From Alphaproteobacteria bacterium (GTDB taxonomy: Bacteria; Pseudomonadota; Alphaproteobacteria; SP197): a stretch of 64,000 bases of DNA. Positions 9,910-20,175 of this stretch are shown here, piece by piece. The position numbers and the translations under genes are program-made. A model generated the notes under the pieces. That model made no database searches. It saw only the letters and a program-made list of their open reading frames with translations, and had not been told where the DNA came from. The DNA is taken from contig OZ245842.1 in the NCBI GenBank assembly GCA_965228895.1, forward strand, positions 576,001 through 640,000, given 5' to 3'. Position 1 is the first letter of the stretch. Each line of letters opens with the position of its first letter.

Positions 9910-10986
9910 CTATGGTGTGATGGCCACCTTCAGCACGCCGTCACGCTGGTTGGCGAACAGCTCATAGGCGTCTTCGATTTGGTCCAGCTTATAGCGGTGC
10001 GTCACCAGCGATGTCAGATCGAGCCGCTCGGAGACGATAACATTCATCAGCCGGCGCATCCGCTCCTTGCCGCCGGGGCACAGCGACGTGACGATGGTCT
10101 GATCGCCCAGGCCGGCGTTGAACGCGGCGAGCGGGATGGTCAGATCGTCCGCATAAACGCCTAGGCTGGATAAGATGCCGCCCGGCTTCAGGATCTTCAA
10201 ACAGCTCTCGAAGGTCGATTGCAGTCCAAGAGCCTCGATCGCAACATCGACGCCGCGCCCGTCGGTAAGACGCATGATTTCGTCAACCGGATCGTTTTTG
10301 CTGAAATCGACCACGATGTCGGCGCCGACGCGCTCGGCCATGGCGATACGTTCGCTCACCGATTCCACGGCGATGATCGTCGTCGCGCCGCGTAGTTTGG
10401 CGCCGGCGGTCGCGCATAGACCGATCGGCCCCTGGGCGAAGACCGCTACCGTGTCGCCGATCTTGATGTTGCCGGACTCAGCGCCGGCGAAACCCGTCGA
10501 CATGATATCCGGGCACATCAGGACCTGTTCGTCGGTCAGGCCGTCGGGCACGGGCGCCAGATTGGCCATCGCGTCGGGCACCAGAACGTATTCGGCCTGG
10601 GTGCCGTCGATCGTGTTGCCAAAGCGCCAGCCGCCCATCGGTTTCAGGCCATGGGCCGCGCTTTGGCCATCCTGGGCGTGCAGGCCGTCAAGGCAGGCAT
10701 TGGAGTAGCCACTGGGGCAGATGGCGCCGGCGATGACGCGCTGGCCTTCCTCATAACCCCCGACATTTGCCCCCAGTTTTTCGATTATGCCGACCGGCTC
10801 GTGTCCGACCGTCAGGCCTCTGGCGACCGGGTACTCGCCCTTGAGAATATGAACATCCGTCCCGCAAATCGTCGTCGTGGTAATCCGCATCAACGCATCA
10901 TTCGGTCCGACATCCGGGATCGGCTTGTCGTCCAGGGCAATGCGGCCGGGTTCAACGAAGAGGGCGGCTTTCATCATCTCGGGCAT
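9910..10986 (-). CDS. zinc-dependent NAD(P) alcohol dehydrogenase
   Basis: TICGTD, GHE, CPDIMSTG, AQGPIG; start MPEMMKA after AAGGA. Confidence 0.92.
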   Translation of the reverse strand: MPEMMKAALFVEPGRIALDDKPIPDVGPNDALMRITTTTICGTDVHILKGEYPVARGLTVGHEPVGIIEKLGANVGGYEEGQRVIAGAICPSGYSNACLDGLHAQDGQSAAHGLKPMGGWRFGNTIDGTQAEYVLVPDAMANLAPVPDGLTDEQVLMCPDIMSTGFAGAESGNIKIGDTVAVFAQGPIGLCATAGAKLRGATTIIAVESVSERIAMAERVGADIVVDFSKNDPVDEIMRLTDGRGVDVAIEALGLQSTFESCLKILKPGGILSSLGVYADDLTIPLAAFNAGLGDQTIVTSLCPGGKERMRRLMNVIVSERLDLTSLVTHRYKLDQIEDAYELFANQRDGVLKVAITP

Positions 10987-11051
10987 GGCTGGCGTTTCCT
11001 TCGGCGGGAAATTGAACAATGCTTACTTGTACTCAGGAGAACTTGATGGCA

Positions 11052-11065
11052 TTGATTTATATCAA
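11052..11065. promoter_or_regulatory. FNR/FixK box
   Basis: Perfect TTGAT-TTAT-ATCAA between the divergent adh-usp and HTH-antiporter genes. Confidence 0.85.
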
Positions 11066-11125
11066 TGAACGTTTAATGACGTTCACCAATGCTTGACGAC
11101 GCTAGCTTGAACAAAAGGGTGCTTA

Positions 11126-11320
11126 GTGATGCTAAGCAGGCCGTTCTTCACGATCCATGAGATCGCAAAGCTTCTGAAGGTCAGCGAAGCGACCGTTCGA
11201 AGTTGGATTCATGAGGGTGAGCTTCGGGCCGTCAGGTTTGGCCGTGAGTTTCGTGTGGCCGCCAAGGACCTTGAGGCATTCGTGAACGCGCACGCGACAC
11301 GACCGCATCCGGAACAGTAG
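11126..11320 (+). CDS. small excisionase-family (HTH_17) DNA-binding protein
   Basis: FFTIHEIAKLLKVSEATVRSWIHEGELRAVRFGREFRV. Confidence 0.88.
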   Translation: MMLSRPFFTIHEIAKLLKVSEATVRSWIHEGELRAVRFGREFRVAAKDLEAFVNAHATRPHPEQ

Positions 11321-11399
11321 ACAAAGCCGAGCTGGTACGTCCCGGGTCCAGGTTGGAAGACCTGCCCCATACATCGCCAACCAGAATGAGTAGGCGCTG

Positions 11400-13121
11400 A
11401 TGCTGGAAATCGTTTCCATCTCGGTCTTCTATGAGGTCGCGGCACTGCTTGTGTTGGCGACAGTTGTCGGGCTGATCGGCGTGCTGTTGCGCCAGCCCTT
11501 GATCGTCAGCTTCATCGCCGTCGGCATCCTGGCCGGCCCGTCGATGCTCGACATCGCGCGATCGGATGAGCAGATCAACCTGCTGGCGGAACTGGGGATC
11601 GCGGTCTTGCTGTTCCTGGTCGGCTTGAAGCTGGACGTCAAGCTGGTCCGCACGCTGGGCGCCGTGGCGCTGACGACGGGACTTGGCCAGGTCGCTTTTA
11701 CCTCGATCATCGGATTCTTGATCGGTCTGGCGCTTGGGCTGGGTGTCGTGACCAGCCTTTACGTCGCGGTCGCGCTGACGTTTTCCAGCACGATCATCAT
11801 CGTCAAGCTGCTGTCCGACAAACGCGAGATCGATTCCCTTCACGGACGCGTCGCGCTCGGTTTTCTGATCGTTCAGGATCTGGTCGTGGTGTTGGCCATG
11901 CTCGTCATGTCGGCAATCGGCGCCGGCGCCCAGGGCGACTCGGCAATTCTGGATGTCTTGCTCGTGTTTGCCTACGGCGCGCTCATGCTGGTCGCCGTCG
12001 GTCTGTTCATACGGTATGTCGCCGAACCCCTGGTCGAACGTCTGGCGCGCGCGCCCGAACTGCTTGTGTGTTTCGCGATCGGTTGGGCCGCGCTCCTGGC
12101 CGCGGCTGGCGATTATCTGGGCTTCAGCAAAGAGTTGGGCGGATTGCTGGCCGGCGTCTCCTTGGCCTCGACGCCGTTCCGCGAAGCGCTGGCGGCCAGG
12201 CTGGCGCCGCTGCGCGACTTCCTGTTGCTGTTCTTTTTCATCGCGCTGGGCGCAGGCCTCGATCTCTCGCTTCTCGACCAGCAGATCCCCCTGGCGATCG
12301 TGTTCTCGCTCTTTGTCTTGATCGGCAACCCGCTGATCGTCCTCGTGATCATGGGAACGATGGGCTATCGCAAACGCACGGGATTTCTCGCCGGTCTGAC
12401 GGTGGCCCAGATCAGCGAGTTTTCGCTGATCTTCGCGGCGGTCGGCGTCTCGCTCGGCCATATCGGCGGTGATACGCTCGGCCTGATCACCCTGGTCGGT
12501 CTGATCACGATTTCCCTTTCGACCTACATGATCACCTATTCTCATCACCTCTATGGGTGGCTGGAGCCGTTCCTGGGATGGTCCGAACGCCGCAACACGC
12601 CGCGCGAGGTGGTGGGTGATCCCGAACATACGCGCGGGCACTATGACGTCTTGCTGTTCGGTCTCGGCCGCTACGGCAGCGCGATCGCGCGCCGCTTGGC
12701 GCAGCATGGTGTTTCGGTGCTCGGTGTCGACTTCAACCCGACGGTCGCCAAGCAGATGCGCCAGGAAGGGTTCCATGTCGCCTATGGCGATGCTACCGAT
12801 CCCGAGTTCGTCGCCAGCCTGCCGCTTGCCGAGGTCAAGTGGGTGGTGTCCGCCGTTCCGGAGCATGACACAGGTATCACCCACGAGGATGCGCGGCTGG
12901 GCTTGATCGACGCACTCCGCAACGCCGGCTTTGCCGGCCGTACTGCGGTAACCGCGCACCGTGAAGCCGGCGCGGCGTTGCTCACCGACAGAGGCGCTGA
13001 TCTCATCCTCCAACCGTTTCGCGACGCGGCCGACCAGGCTGCACAACTAATTCTCGGCGAAGAGAGTCCATCACAGCAATCGGACGCGGGTGAGATGGGG
13101 ATATCCACGAGCCAGCGATGA
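11400..13121 (+). CDS. CPA2/Kef-type cation:proton antiporter with TrkA-N domain
   Basis: LLFLVGLKLD, FSSTIIIVKLL, QISEFS, GLGRYG, YGDATD. Confidence 0.92.
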   Translation: MLEIVSISVFYEVAALLVLATVVGLIGVLLRQPLIVSFIAVGILAGPSMLDIARSDEQINLLAELGIAVLLFLVGLKLDVKLVRTLGAVALTTGLGQVAFTSIIGFLIGLALGLGVVTSLYVAVALTFSSTIIIVKLLSDKREIDSLHGRVALGFLIVQDLVVVLAMLVMSAIGAGAQGDSAILDVLLVFAYGALMLVAVGLFIRYVAEPLVERLARAPELLVCFAIGWAALLAAAGDYLGFSKELGGLLAGVSLASTPFREALAARLAPLRDFLLLFFFIALGAGLDLSLLDQQIPLAIVFSLFVLIGNPLIVLVIMGTMGYRKRTGFLAGLTVAQISEFSLIFAAVGVSLGHIGGDTLGLITLVGLITISLSTYMITYSHHLYGWLEPFLGWSERRNTPREVVGDPEHTRGHYDVLLFGLGRYGSAIARRLAQHGVSVLGVDFNPTVAKQMRQEGFHVAYGDATDPEFVASLPLAEVKWVVSAVPEHDTGITHEDARLGLIDALRNAGFAGRTAVTAHREAGAALLTDRGADLILQPFRDAADQAAQLILGEESPSQQSDAGEMGISTSQR

Positions 13122-13253
13122 GCCATGTCGCCAGGCATGCCAACGTCGCCGCCCACATTGCCTTATCCGATCGATCTCGAGCGGTTCCGCGGCATGGCAG
13201 GCAAGTCGGCGCAACAGTCGCGCTCCCCTGTGACAAGACCTTGAATCGGTCGC

Positions 13254-15041
13254 CTATTCGGTGCGGCGCGTCGGTTTGGCGGCGATGTCGTTGTACGTGA
13301 TCATGTCCTCGAAGATGCCGCCTTCATCGAGGTCGGTGACGTTGTCCCGATAAATCTGCTGCCACCAGGTCTGGTTTTCGGGAACATCGAACTGGCAACT
13401 GCGGCGTCTCTCGGCCATGTCTTCATCGCTGATCAGAAGATCGACACGACGGGCGTCGAGATCAAGGCGGATCCGGTCGCCGTTGACCAGGATGGCGAGG
13501 CCGCCGCCCGCCGCTGCCTCGGGCGACACGTGCAGGATGGATGGCGCGCCCGACGTCCCGCTTTGCCGGCCGTCACCCATGGTCGGCAATTCGCTGACGC
13601 CCTGTTTCAGGAGCCAGGTGGGCGGGCGCATGTTCACGACCTCCGCTGAGCCCGGATAGCCTTTGGGTCCGACGCCGCGGATCACCAGGATCGTGTTTTC
13701 ATCGACCGGTAGTCCGGGATCATCAATGTTGGCGCGGTAGTCTTCGGGCCCATCGAACACCACGACGTTGAGCTCACACACGTTGGGGTGCTCGGGATGG
13801 GACAGGTAGCGTGAACGAAAGCCCGCGCTGATCGCAGATGTCTTGAGCAGGCCCGATCGAAACAGGTTACCGGCGAGAATGGTAAAACCGGCGTTCTCGG
13901 TCAACGGATCGCCGACGGTCGTGATCACCCGCCGGTCGCCTGTCATGGAACCCGCGCAGTTGTCAGCCAGAGACCTGCCATTCGCCGTTCTCACACCACC
14001 GTGCAGCAGGCCGGCCGCGTTCAGTTCATGCAGAACGGCTTGGCATCCGCCGGCGCGGTGGAAGTCCTCGGAGAGATAGTCGCCAACCGGCATACAATTG
14101 ACGATTTGCGGGATTGTGAAGCCGAGTGTCTGCCAGTCTTCGATGGCAATCTCGACACCGGCATGGGCCGCGATAGCGTTGATGTGGATCGCCGCGTTGG
14201 TGGATCCGCCGAGAGCGGCGCAGGTGACGATCGCGTTCTCGATGGACCGGCGCGTGATCAGGTCGCTGGGTGTCAGATCCTCCCACACCATCGCCACAAT
14301 GCGTTTCCCCGTGGCATGGGCGATTTGCTGTCTTTCGCGATAAGGCGCCGGTATCGACGCGTTGCCGGGCAGCGACATACCGAGCGTTTCGGCCAGGCAA
14401 TTCATGGTGAGCGCGGTGCCCATGGTGTTGCAGTGGCCGGTCGACAGAGCGGTGCAACCAACCATGTCAATATACGCGGTCTCGTCGATGTCGCCTTTTG
14501 CCAAGAGCTTTCGGGCCTCGAACGCCAGGGTGCCGGAGCCGACGCAGCGCCCCATGTAATGACCGTTCAACATCGGCCCGCATGATAACGCGATGGCGGG
14601 CAGATCAACGCTGGCCGCCGCCATAAGCTGAGCCGGTGTGGTCTTGTCGCAGCCTGTGGTCAGCACGACCCCGTCAAGGGGGTAGCCGTGCAGGGTTTCG
14701 ATCAGGCCCAGGCATTGCAGGTTACGGTCGAGTGCCGCGGTCGGCCGACGACCGGTTTCCTGGATCGGATGGATCGGAAACTCGATGGGTATGCCGCCGG
14801 CATCGCGAATGCCGTCCTTCACACGCTGTGCAAGAGTTTGATGGTGGCGGTTGCACGGGGCGAGGTCGGAGCCGGATTGGGCGATGCCAATGACCGGACG
14901 TCCGCAACGCATCTCCTCCTGCGTCAACCCGTAGTTCAGATAATGCTCAAGTAGCGTCACCGCCGCTTCGACATCGTCGGGATTGTTGAAACAGGCGCTG
15001 CTACGCAGGTCTTCAGGACGTTTCCTGCGCTTACCAGTCAT
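13254..15041 (-). CDS. IlvD/Edd family dehydratase (sugar-acid dehydratase-like)
   Basis: PCN, GCDKT, HCNTMGTA, GGSTNA, DGRQSGTS, HVSPEAA. Confidence 0.93.
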   Translation of the reverse strand: MTGKRRKRPEDLRSSACFNNPDDVEAAVTLLEHYLNYGLTQEEMRCGRPVIGIAQSGSDLAPCNRHHQTLAQRVKDGIRDAGGIPIEFPIHPIQETGRRPTAALDRNLQCLGLIETLHGYPLDGVVLTTGCDKTTPAQLMAAASVDLPAIALSCGPMLNGHYMGRCVGSGTLAFEARKLLAKGDIDETAYIDMVGCTALSTGHCNTMGTALTMNCLAETLGMSLPGNASIPAPYRERQQIAHATGKRIVAMVWEDLTPSDLITRRSIENAIVTCAALGGSTNAAIHINAIAAHAGVEIAIEDWQTLGFTIPQIVNCMPVGDYLSEDFHRAGGCQAVLHELNAAGLLHGGVRTANGRSLADNCAGSMTGDRRVITTVGDPLTENAGFTILAGNLFRSGLLKTSAISAGFRSRYLSHPEHPNVCELNVVVFDGPEDYRANIDDPGLPVDENTILVIRGVGPKGYPGSAEVVNMRPPTWLLKQGVSELPTMGDGRQSGTSGAPSILHVSPEAAAGGGLAILVNGDRIRLDLDARRVDLLISDEDMAERRRSCQFDVPENQTWWQQIYRDNVTDLDEGGIFEDMITYNDIAAKPTRRTE

Positions 15042-15994
15042 CTCTCGGCAGCAGCGAGTTCTCTAAGTGACATGTCCGGACTGACTGGAAGCAGCGACAG
15101 AAATTCGTGAACCATGGGGTCTTGCTGCGCGTTTTCGTGCACGATTGCGGCAATCTCCGTCAGGTTCACCAATGTGTCCGGTAGGATGCGCTGCACCCTG
15201 CCTTCGTCCTCCCATTTCTTGGCGAAGTGGTCGGGCAGAAAACCGATACACGACCCGCTCAATACCTGTAGCAGGACGCCTTCTGTTTGATTGGACGTGG
15301 ACGCCACGGTCAGGTTCCATCGGGCGATTGCCTGGCTCTCCGCCTCCGAATAACCGTGCCGAACCATGCGGTATCGGCTGACATCCGTAAGGTCGATCTC
15401 AGAGTCCGGCCGGCCGAAGGCTTCGTGACCTCGGCCGCAATAAAGATAACTCGACTCCGTCGCCAGTGGCGTGACGACAATCCGTGATGCCGGGCCTGAC
15501 ATCACGGTCACGCCGACATGGAGACGCCGCTCCTGTACGGCCCGAACGATCTCGTCGGCGGTTCCCACGACGATGGTCAGCTGTACGTTCGGATGCTTCT
15601 TGGCAAAAAGGGAGACGGCGTCCTGCAATCCGACATCGTCCATGGTGACCAGGGTATCGATCAGACCGATGTGGATCTCACCAACCAGCTCGCGGTGAAA
15701 CTCGTTGATCTTCGATCGAAACTCCTCGACCGCCGCAAACAACTGCGTCGCGGCGTTGTAGACGGATTGGCCCTCGCTGGTTAAGGCAAAGCCTGCCCGG
15801 CCACGCGAACACAGGCGTGAACCCAACCGCATCTCAAGATCGCTGATATGTTTGCTGATCGTCGAGCGCGTGATGCCCAGCTCCGTCTCGGCAGCGGTAA
15901 ACCCCTGGCACTCCGCGACGACCTGAAAGACGCGCAGCAGCCGCAGCTCGAAATCCGAGACTTGTCCCAGAAACAGTTTGTGCGGCCAGCTCAT
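15038..15994 (-). CDS. LysR family transcriptional regulator
   Basis: LRLLRVF..GFTAAETELGITRSTISKHISDLE HTH. Stop overlaps the dehydratase start. Start could be 16078. Confidence 0.9.
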   Translation of the reverse strand: MSWPHKLFLGQVSDFELRLLRVFQVVAECQGFTAAETELGITRSTISKHISDLEMRLGSRLCSRGRAGFALTSEGQSVYNAATQLFAAVEEFRSKINEFHRELVGEIHIGLIDTLVTMDDVGLQDAVSLFAKKHPNVQLTIVVGTADEIVRAVQERRLHVGVTVMSGPASRIVVTPLATESSYLYCGRGHEAFGRPDSEIDLTDVSRYRMVRHGYSEAESQAIARWNLTVASTSNQTEGVLLQVLSGSCIGFLPDHFAKKWEDEGRVQRILPDTLVNLTEIAAIVHENAQQDPMVHEFLSLLPVSPDMSLRELAAAER

Positions 15995-16154
15995 TGGGCG
16001 TCTGTCATTCGGTAAACTCACGATCTTGTCGTGACGGCCGGCAGGAACCTGCGGACCGTCGCCAAGCGTCTTGATCATAGCATTCCGCCTTTCCAATGCA
16101 CGAAGCAATGCCCGGGTTGGCGCGGTCGTCGCAGCGGCATGGTGCTGGCCTCCG

Positions 16155-17297
16155 TCAGCTTGCCGTCGCGCGGATCGCCGACAAGACGGCCTCGACATCG
16201 TCTGAGTTGTTGTAGAGGTGCGGTGAAAATCGAATGAAGTCGCGCCGCAGGGACGCGACGACACCCTGTTCCTTGAGTGCAGCGGCCAGCGCGCGGCTGT
16301 CCCGTCCGGGAAATCGTGCGGCCAGCGTGGCCGATCGTTCGGATGGGTCAGACGGCGATAGCATTTCGGCGTTGGTTTCCGCGAGGCCTTGCCGCAACTC
16401 GTCCGAAATGGCCCGGTTATGCGCGGCAATGTCGGTTATGCCGAGGTCCAGAAGGTGGCCGATCGCCTCGGCGGCACCCAGCGCGGTTCCGTAGGCCATC
16501 GTGCCGTACTCGTAACGTTTGGCCGAGTTGGGGAAGTCGACGCGATCGGCCTGAAAGTCCCACATGTCCTTGTGACTGCGCCAACCGATAATGCCGGGGT
16601 GCAGCTCTTGCAGCGGTTTTGCGACATACATCACGCCGGTCCCGAACGGGCCGCACATCCATTTGTATGTCGATGACACCACGGCATCGACACCCTGAGC
16701 GCTGACATCGATCGGCATCTGACCCGCCGATTGCGTGGCATCCACGACCAAAAGAGCGCCGTTGGCGTGGGCGAGGTCGGCATAGTGTTTGAGGTCGTGG
16801 AGCTGACCGGTCCCGTACTCGGCGTGTGATAGGCACACGATCGCGGTTTGGCCGTCGATCTGCTTTTCGATCGCCTCGCGCGCGACATACTGGTTATCCC
16901 CGCGCGCCCACCGCATCTCCGCACCGGTCGCCTCAGCGACGCGCATCCAGGGATAGATGGTGCTGGGGTGGCACACGTCGGTTGCAACGATGTTGCTGCC
17001 TTTAGGTGGTGAGATCGCCCAGGCAAGCGACGCCATCAGCGGTGTTTCGCCGGACGCGATGGCGATGTCCTGCTTTTCGGCGCCAAACAGCCTCGCGGCT
17101 GCGTTCGACAGTCCGTCGAGGATATCGACCTCTGCCTGCTCGTCGAAGGCGACCGTCCCCTCGTTCGCCAGCGCCTCTTGCCAGCGATTGATCGACTCGG
17201 CGGCTCCCTTGTGCATCAACCCGACCGATGCGGCATCGAAATAGGCGAATTTTCCGGCAGGCGGATAGGTATCCAGCGAACCAAGTCGAGACGTCAT
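16155..17297 (-). CDS. aminotransferase class V / cysteine desulfurase-kynureninase-like PLP enzyme
   Basis: YFDAAS, VDATQSAG, STYKWMCGPFG, RFSPHLYN; GGGGAGG RBS. Confidence 0.9.
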   Translation of the reverse strand: MTSRLGSLDTYPPAGKFAYFDAASVGLMHKGAAESINRWQEALANEGTVAFDEQAEVDILDGLSNAAARLFGAEKQDIAIASGETPLMASLAWAISPPKGSNIVATDVCHPSTIYPWMRVAEATGAEMRWARGDNQYVAREAIEKQIDGQTAIVCLSHAEYGTGQLHDLKHYADLAHANGALLVVDATQSAGQMPIDVSAQGVDAVVSSTYKWMCGPFGTGVMYVAKPLQELHPGIIGWRSHKDMWDFQADRVDFPNSAKRYEYGTMAYGTALGAAEAIGHLLDLGITDIAAHNRAISDELRQGLAETNAEMLSPSDPSERSATLAARFPGRDSRALAAALKEQGVVASLRRDFIRFSPHLYNNSDDVEAVLSAIRATAS

Positions 17298-17572
17298 GGT
17301 TTCCTCCCCACGCGTGCACGGTGAAACGGCAATGTCCCACCGTCTGCCTGCATTGAAACCGAACTTGGCCTCGGGAGGTATGGCCTAATCGGAAACAAGA
17401 CGTGCATAGCCATGCAACCGAGCCGCCATACATGGCGCGATAGCCACCTGAAGTTTCTCGCTGGGCCATTGATTCGGTACCGGTGGTGCGCTCCCATCGC
17501 GGCCATGATCATTCGCGGTTTCGACGGTGGCGCCATGCGCCGCTCCATCGCCGCATAGGAGGAGATCAGCAC

Positions 17573-19030
17573 GTGTACCTTCATGAGTGGTATCAGAAGA
17601 TCTACGAAAGTTTTCCCAAGATCATCTCGGAGGCCGAAGAGGTCGGCAAAACGATGGGGGTGGGCAAGCTGAAGGGCGAAGTCGGCCTTTATTCCGGCGC
17701 TTCGTCGTGTCCGGCCCGGCTGCCCGACTACGTCTTGGACGCTATCGTCAAGGCGAACCAGCAGGAGGTTCTGCCGGTCCGCACGGTCGAGGACAATGTC
17801 CGAAACGTCGTCAAGGATATCTATGGCGACGCCTATGATTGCGCCGTCGTCAACACGTGTGAAGCCGGGCTCCGTGTCGCGATCGAGACCTTGATGGCGC
17901 CGCCCTTCATGCGCCGCGGCGATGCCTATCGAGCCCGCATGGTCTCGACCTATGGTGAAGATATCGAATGGGGCATGGCGTATGGCCGGGGGTTTCCGGC
18001 CAAGTACAAGAACGCGTCGGTCGATCGCACGGTCAGCGGCGGCGAGTTCGGCATGGATGCGAAGTCGCTGCCCAATCTGGATACGGTGTTCGTGCGCTTT
18101 TCGAACGCGCGTTACGAAGTTCACGGTGTGCGGCAAGGCGTCGTACCGCTTCTGACCGAGGTTGACGTCGATGGAACCACGGAGGCGATGCGGGGTGTGT
18201 GCGAACGCCATGGCGCGTCGCTCTGCGGCTTGCATACCGTGGGCTATGACACGCCGGGGTGGGGCCACGGCGCGCAGGATGCAGAAGGCCGCCCCGCACT
18301 GATGCGGCGAATGGGCGAGATCGCCCGTGACTACGACGTTCCGTTCCTGGTCGACGCGGCAAGCTGCGTTCCCGGTATTGGCATCTCTCCCGAAGATGCC
18401 GGCGCCGATATCATGATCTGGAGCATGGACAAGGCGGGCCGGTCGCCCTGTGCCGGCCTGATCATCGGCAAGGCCGAAGAGATGCTCTCGATCCGCAAGT
18501 CGCTGGGGCTTGCCGGACAGCGGTTCGGCCACGTCTCGTCTCACGGTAAGGCGGTTTTCTCGGCCCACGACCCCGGCCGCGACAGTGTTGTCGGCCTGCT
18601 TGCCTATCTCGAGATGATCCGCGATCACCCGGAGCGGGTTACCGATACCGTCGATCGCTACCACGACATTCTTGTCGAGGCCTTCAACGACCTGGAGCCC
18701 GCCCACCTGCGCGACGGTCTGTTGTTCACCAAGTCCTATCACATGGGTGGAACGGAGCTGAACTATCAGAGGACGTGGCAAGGCGAGGGGTTCGGAATAC
18801 CGCTCTTCACGTTGGAAGACCTCTATACCAACACCAATCCGATCCTGCTGGCGACCGAGGCGATGGGTGTCGAGCCGGCGACAATCTACGCTGGCAGCAT
18901 GCTCCTCAATCCAGGCTTGGGCCTGCTGGACCGTGACGGCCAGTTGATCGACGAGCGCGCCGGTGTCGCGGCGCGGTGTTTGGTGAAAGCCACCGAGATT
19001 GTCTGCCGGCATGCCGGTCTTGGCGGTTAG
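17573..19030 (+). CDS. uncharacterised fold-type I PLP enzyme, SelA/DgaE-like
   Basis: GTG start after AGGAGG; VVNTCEAGL, LVDAAS; WSMDKAGRSPCAGLIIG resembles the SelA FSGDKLLGGPQAGIIVG lysine motif. Confidence 0.7.
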   Translation: MYLHEWYQKIYESFPKIISEAEEVGKTMGVGKLKGEVGLYSGASSCPARLPDYVLDAIVKANQQEVLPVRTVEDNVRNVVKDIYGDAYDCAVVNTCEAGLRVAIETLMAPPFMRRGDAYRARMVSTYGEDIEWGMAYGRGFPAKYKNASVDRTVSGGEFGMDAKSLPNLDTVFVRFSNARYEVHGVRQGVVPLLTEVDVDGTTEAMRGVCERHGASLCGLHTVGYDTPGWGHGAQDAEGRPALMRRMGEIARDYDVPFLVDAASCVPGIGISPEDAGADIMIWSMDKAGRSPCAGLIIGKAEEMLSIRKSLGLAGQRFGHVSSHGKAVFSAHDPGRDSVVGLLAYLEMIRDHPERVTDTVDRYHDILVEAFNDLEPAHLRDGLLFTKSYHMGGTELNYQRTWQGEGFGIPLFTLEDLYTNTNPILLATEAMGVEPATIYAGSMLLNPGLGLLDRDGQLIDERAGVAARCLVKATEIVCRHAGLGG

Positions 19031-19065
19031 TCCGCAGCAATCAGCGAACAGGGGACAAGAAGATA

Positions 19066-19440
19066 ATGGGTATAACGGCGATTGGTGGTTCGAACGTGGA
19101 AGGGCTTCCGTTTTCCGATGCCGTTCGCGCCGGGGATTTCATTTTTATTTCGGGCATGGTTGCGATCAACGCCGATGGCACGATTGTGTCCGGCGATGTC
19201 GCCGAACAGACGGACCGTATAATCGCCGACGCGACCGAACTCTTGCGCCAGGCTGACGCGACCTTCGACAATGTCGTCAAGGTCTGCGTCTACCTGACGC
19301 CGTCGGCTGATTTCGATGTGTTTAATCAGGCCTATGAAAGGCACCTGGGCAAGGTCAAGCCGGCGCGGGTCAGTGTCGTGGCCAACCTGACGATCGACGC
19401 GTTGGTCGAGATGGACTTTGTTGCCTATGTCGGACCCTAG
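19066..19440 (+). CDS. RidA/YjgF family protein
   Basis: PFSDAVRAGDFIFISG, NVVKVCVYL, FNQAY, PAR, VEMD. Confidence 0.92.
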   Translation: MGITAIGGSNVEGLPFSDAVRAGDFIFISGMVAINADGTIVSGDVAEQTDRIIADATELLRQADATFDNVVKVCVYLTPSADFDVFNQAYERHLGKVKPARVSVVANLTIDALVEMDFVAYVGP

Positions 19441-19479
19441 AGCTGATCCCGTCTGGTCGGAATCAGGACCCATCTGCGC

Positions 19480-20175
19480 TTAGCCTGCGTAACTGATGTG
19501 TCTGTTCAGGTGCGCTTCAAGGCGGCCGAACAAAAACCGCACGACCTGCACCATGGCCCAATAGATGGCGGCTGCGCCGACGAGCGGGGTGAAGGGATCA
19601 TAGGTGGTCGAAACCGCGGTATTGGCGGCGGCCAACAGATCAATCATCGTAATCGCACCAAGCGCCGCGGTTCCCTTAACGAAGAGGATGACCTCGTTCA
19701 TGTACGCCGATAGACCGTAGCGCATGGCCAGGGGAAACGTGATCTTGAAGAACACGAGGTGACGGGGTAGCGCCAACGCCCGGGCAGCGTCCAACAAGCC
19801 GCGCGGCACCGCCTGAAACGCCCCGCGCAGCAGCTCAACGAGAAAGCCCGCGTGATTGAGTGTGAAACCGACGACCGCGCAGTAATAGGCCTCGGAGAAA
19901 AACTCCCAAAGGAACGTGTCGCGGATGATGCCGATCGTGGCGAATCCGTTATAGACCATGTAGAGGACGACGAGCGCGGGTACGCCGCGAAAGAACATGG
20001 AGAAGAACCAAGCCAGACCCGCGACGACGCGATTGGACGACGACCGCGCCAGGGCGATGGGCGTGGCGATGATCAGCCCGAGGACGAGACACGGAACCAG
20101 CACACTTAACGTGACGAGGGCACCGTTCAACAAGGACGGCAGGATACGCCACAGGAGTTCGACGTTGAATTCCAT
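19480..20175 (-). CDS. polar amino acid ABC transporter permease (HisM-like)
   Basis: FFRGVPALV, ELLRGA..VPRG..AARAL, KGTA; ATG overlaps the upstream TGA. Confidence 0.9.
   Translation of the reverse strand: MEFNVELLWRILPSLLNGALVTLSVLVPCLVLGLIIATPIALARSSSNRVVAGLAWFFSMFFRGVPALVVLYMVYNGFATIGIIRDTFLWEFFSEAYYCAVVGFTLNHAGFLVELLRGAFQAVPRGLLDAARALALPRHLVFFKITFPLAMRYGLSAYMNEVILFVKGTAALGAITMIDLLAAANTAVSTTYDPFTPLVGAAAIYWAMVQVVRFLFGRLEAHLNRHISYAG

Noticed and set aside
11126-11320. Excisionase as evidence of a prophage or ICE
   Set aside because: No integrase, att/tRNA site or phage genes nearby; the context fits a stand-alone regulator
11232-13046. Long antisense ORFs (also 5430-7001, 17294-19012, 34388-35635, 43266-44747)
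   Set aside because: Shadow frames of real genes in GC-rich DNA; no motifs
17573-19030. True selenocysteine synthase SelA
   Set aside because: Only the PLP-lysine region resembles SelA; no selB/C/D nearby and no in-frame TGA in the Mo enzymes
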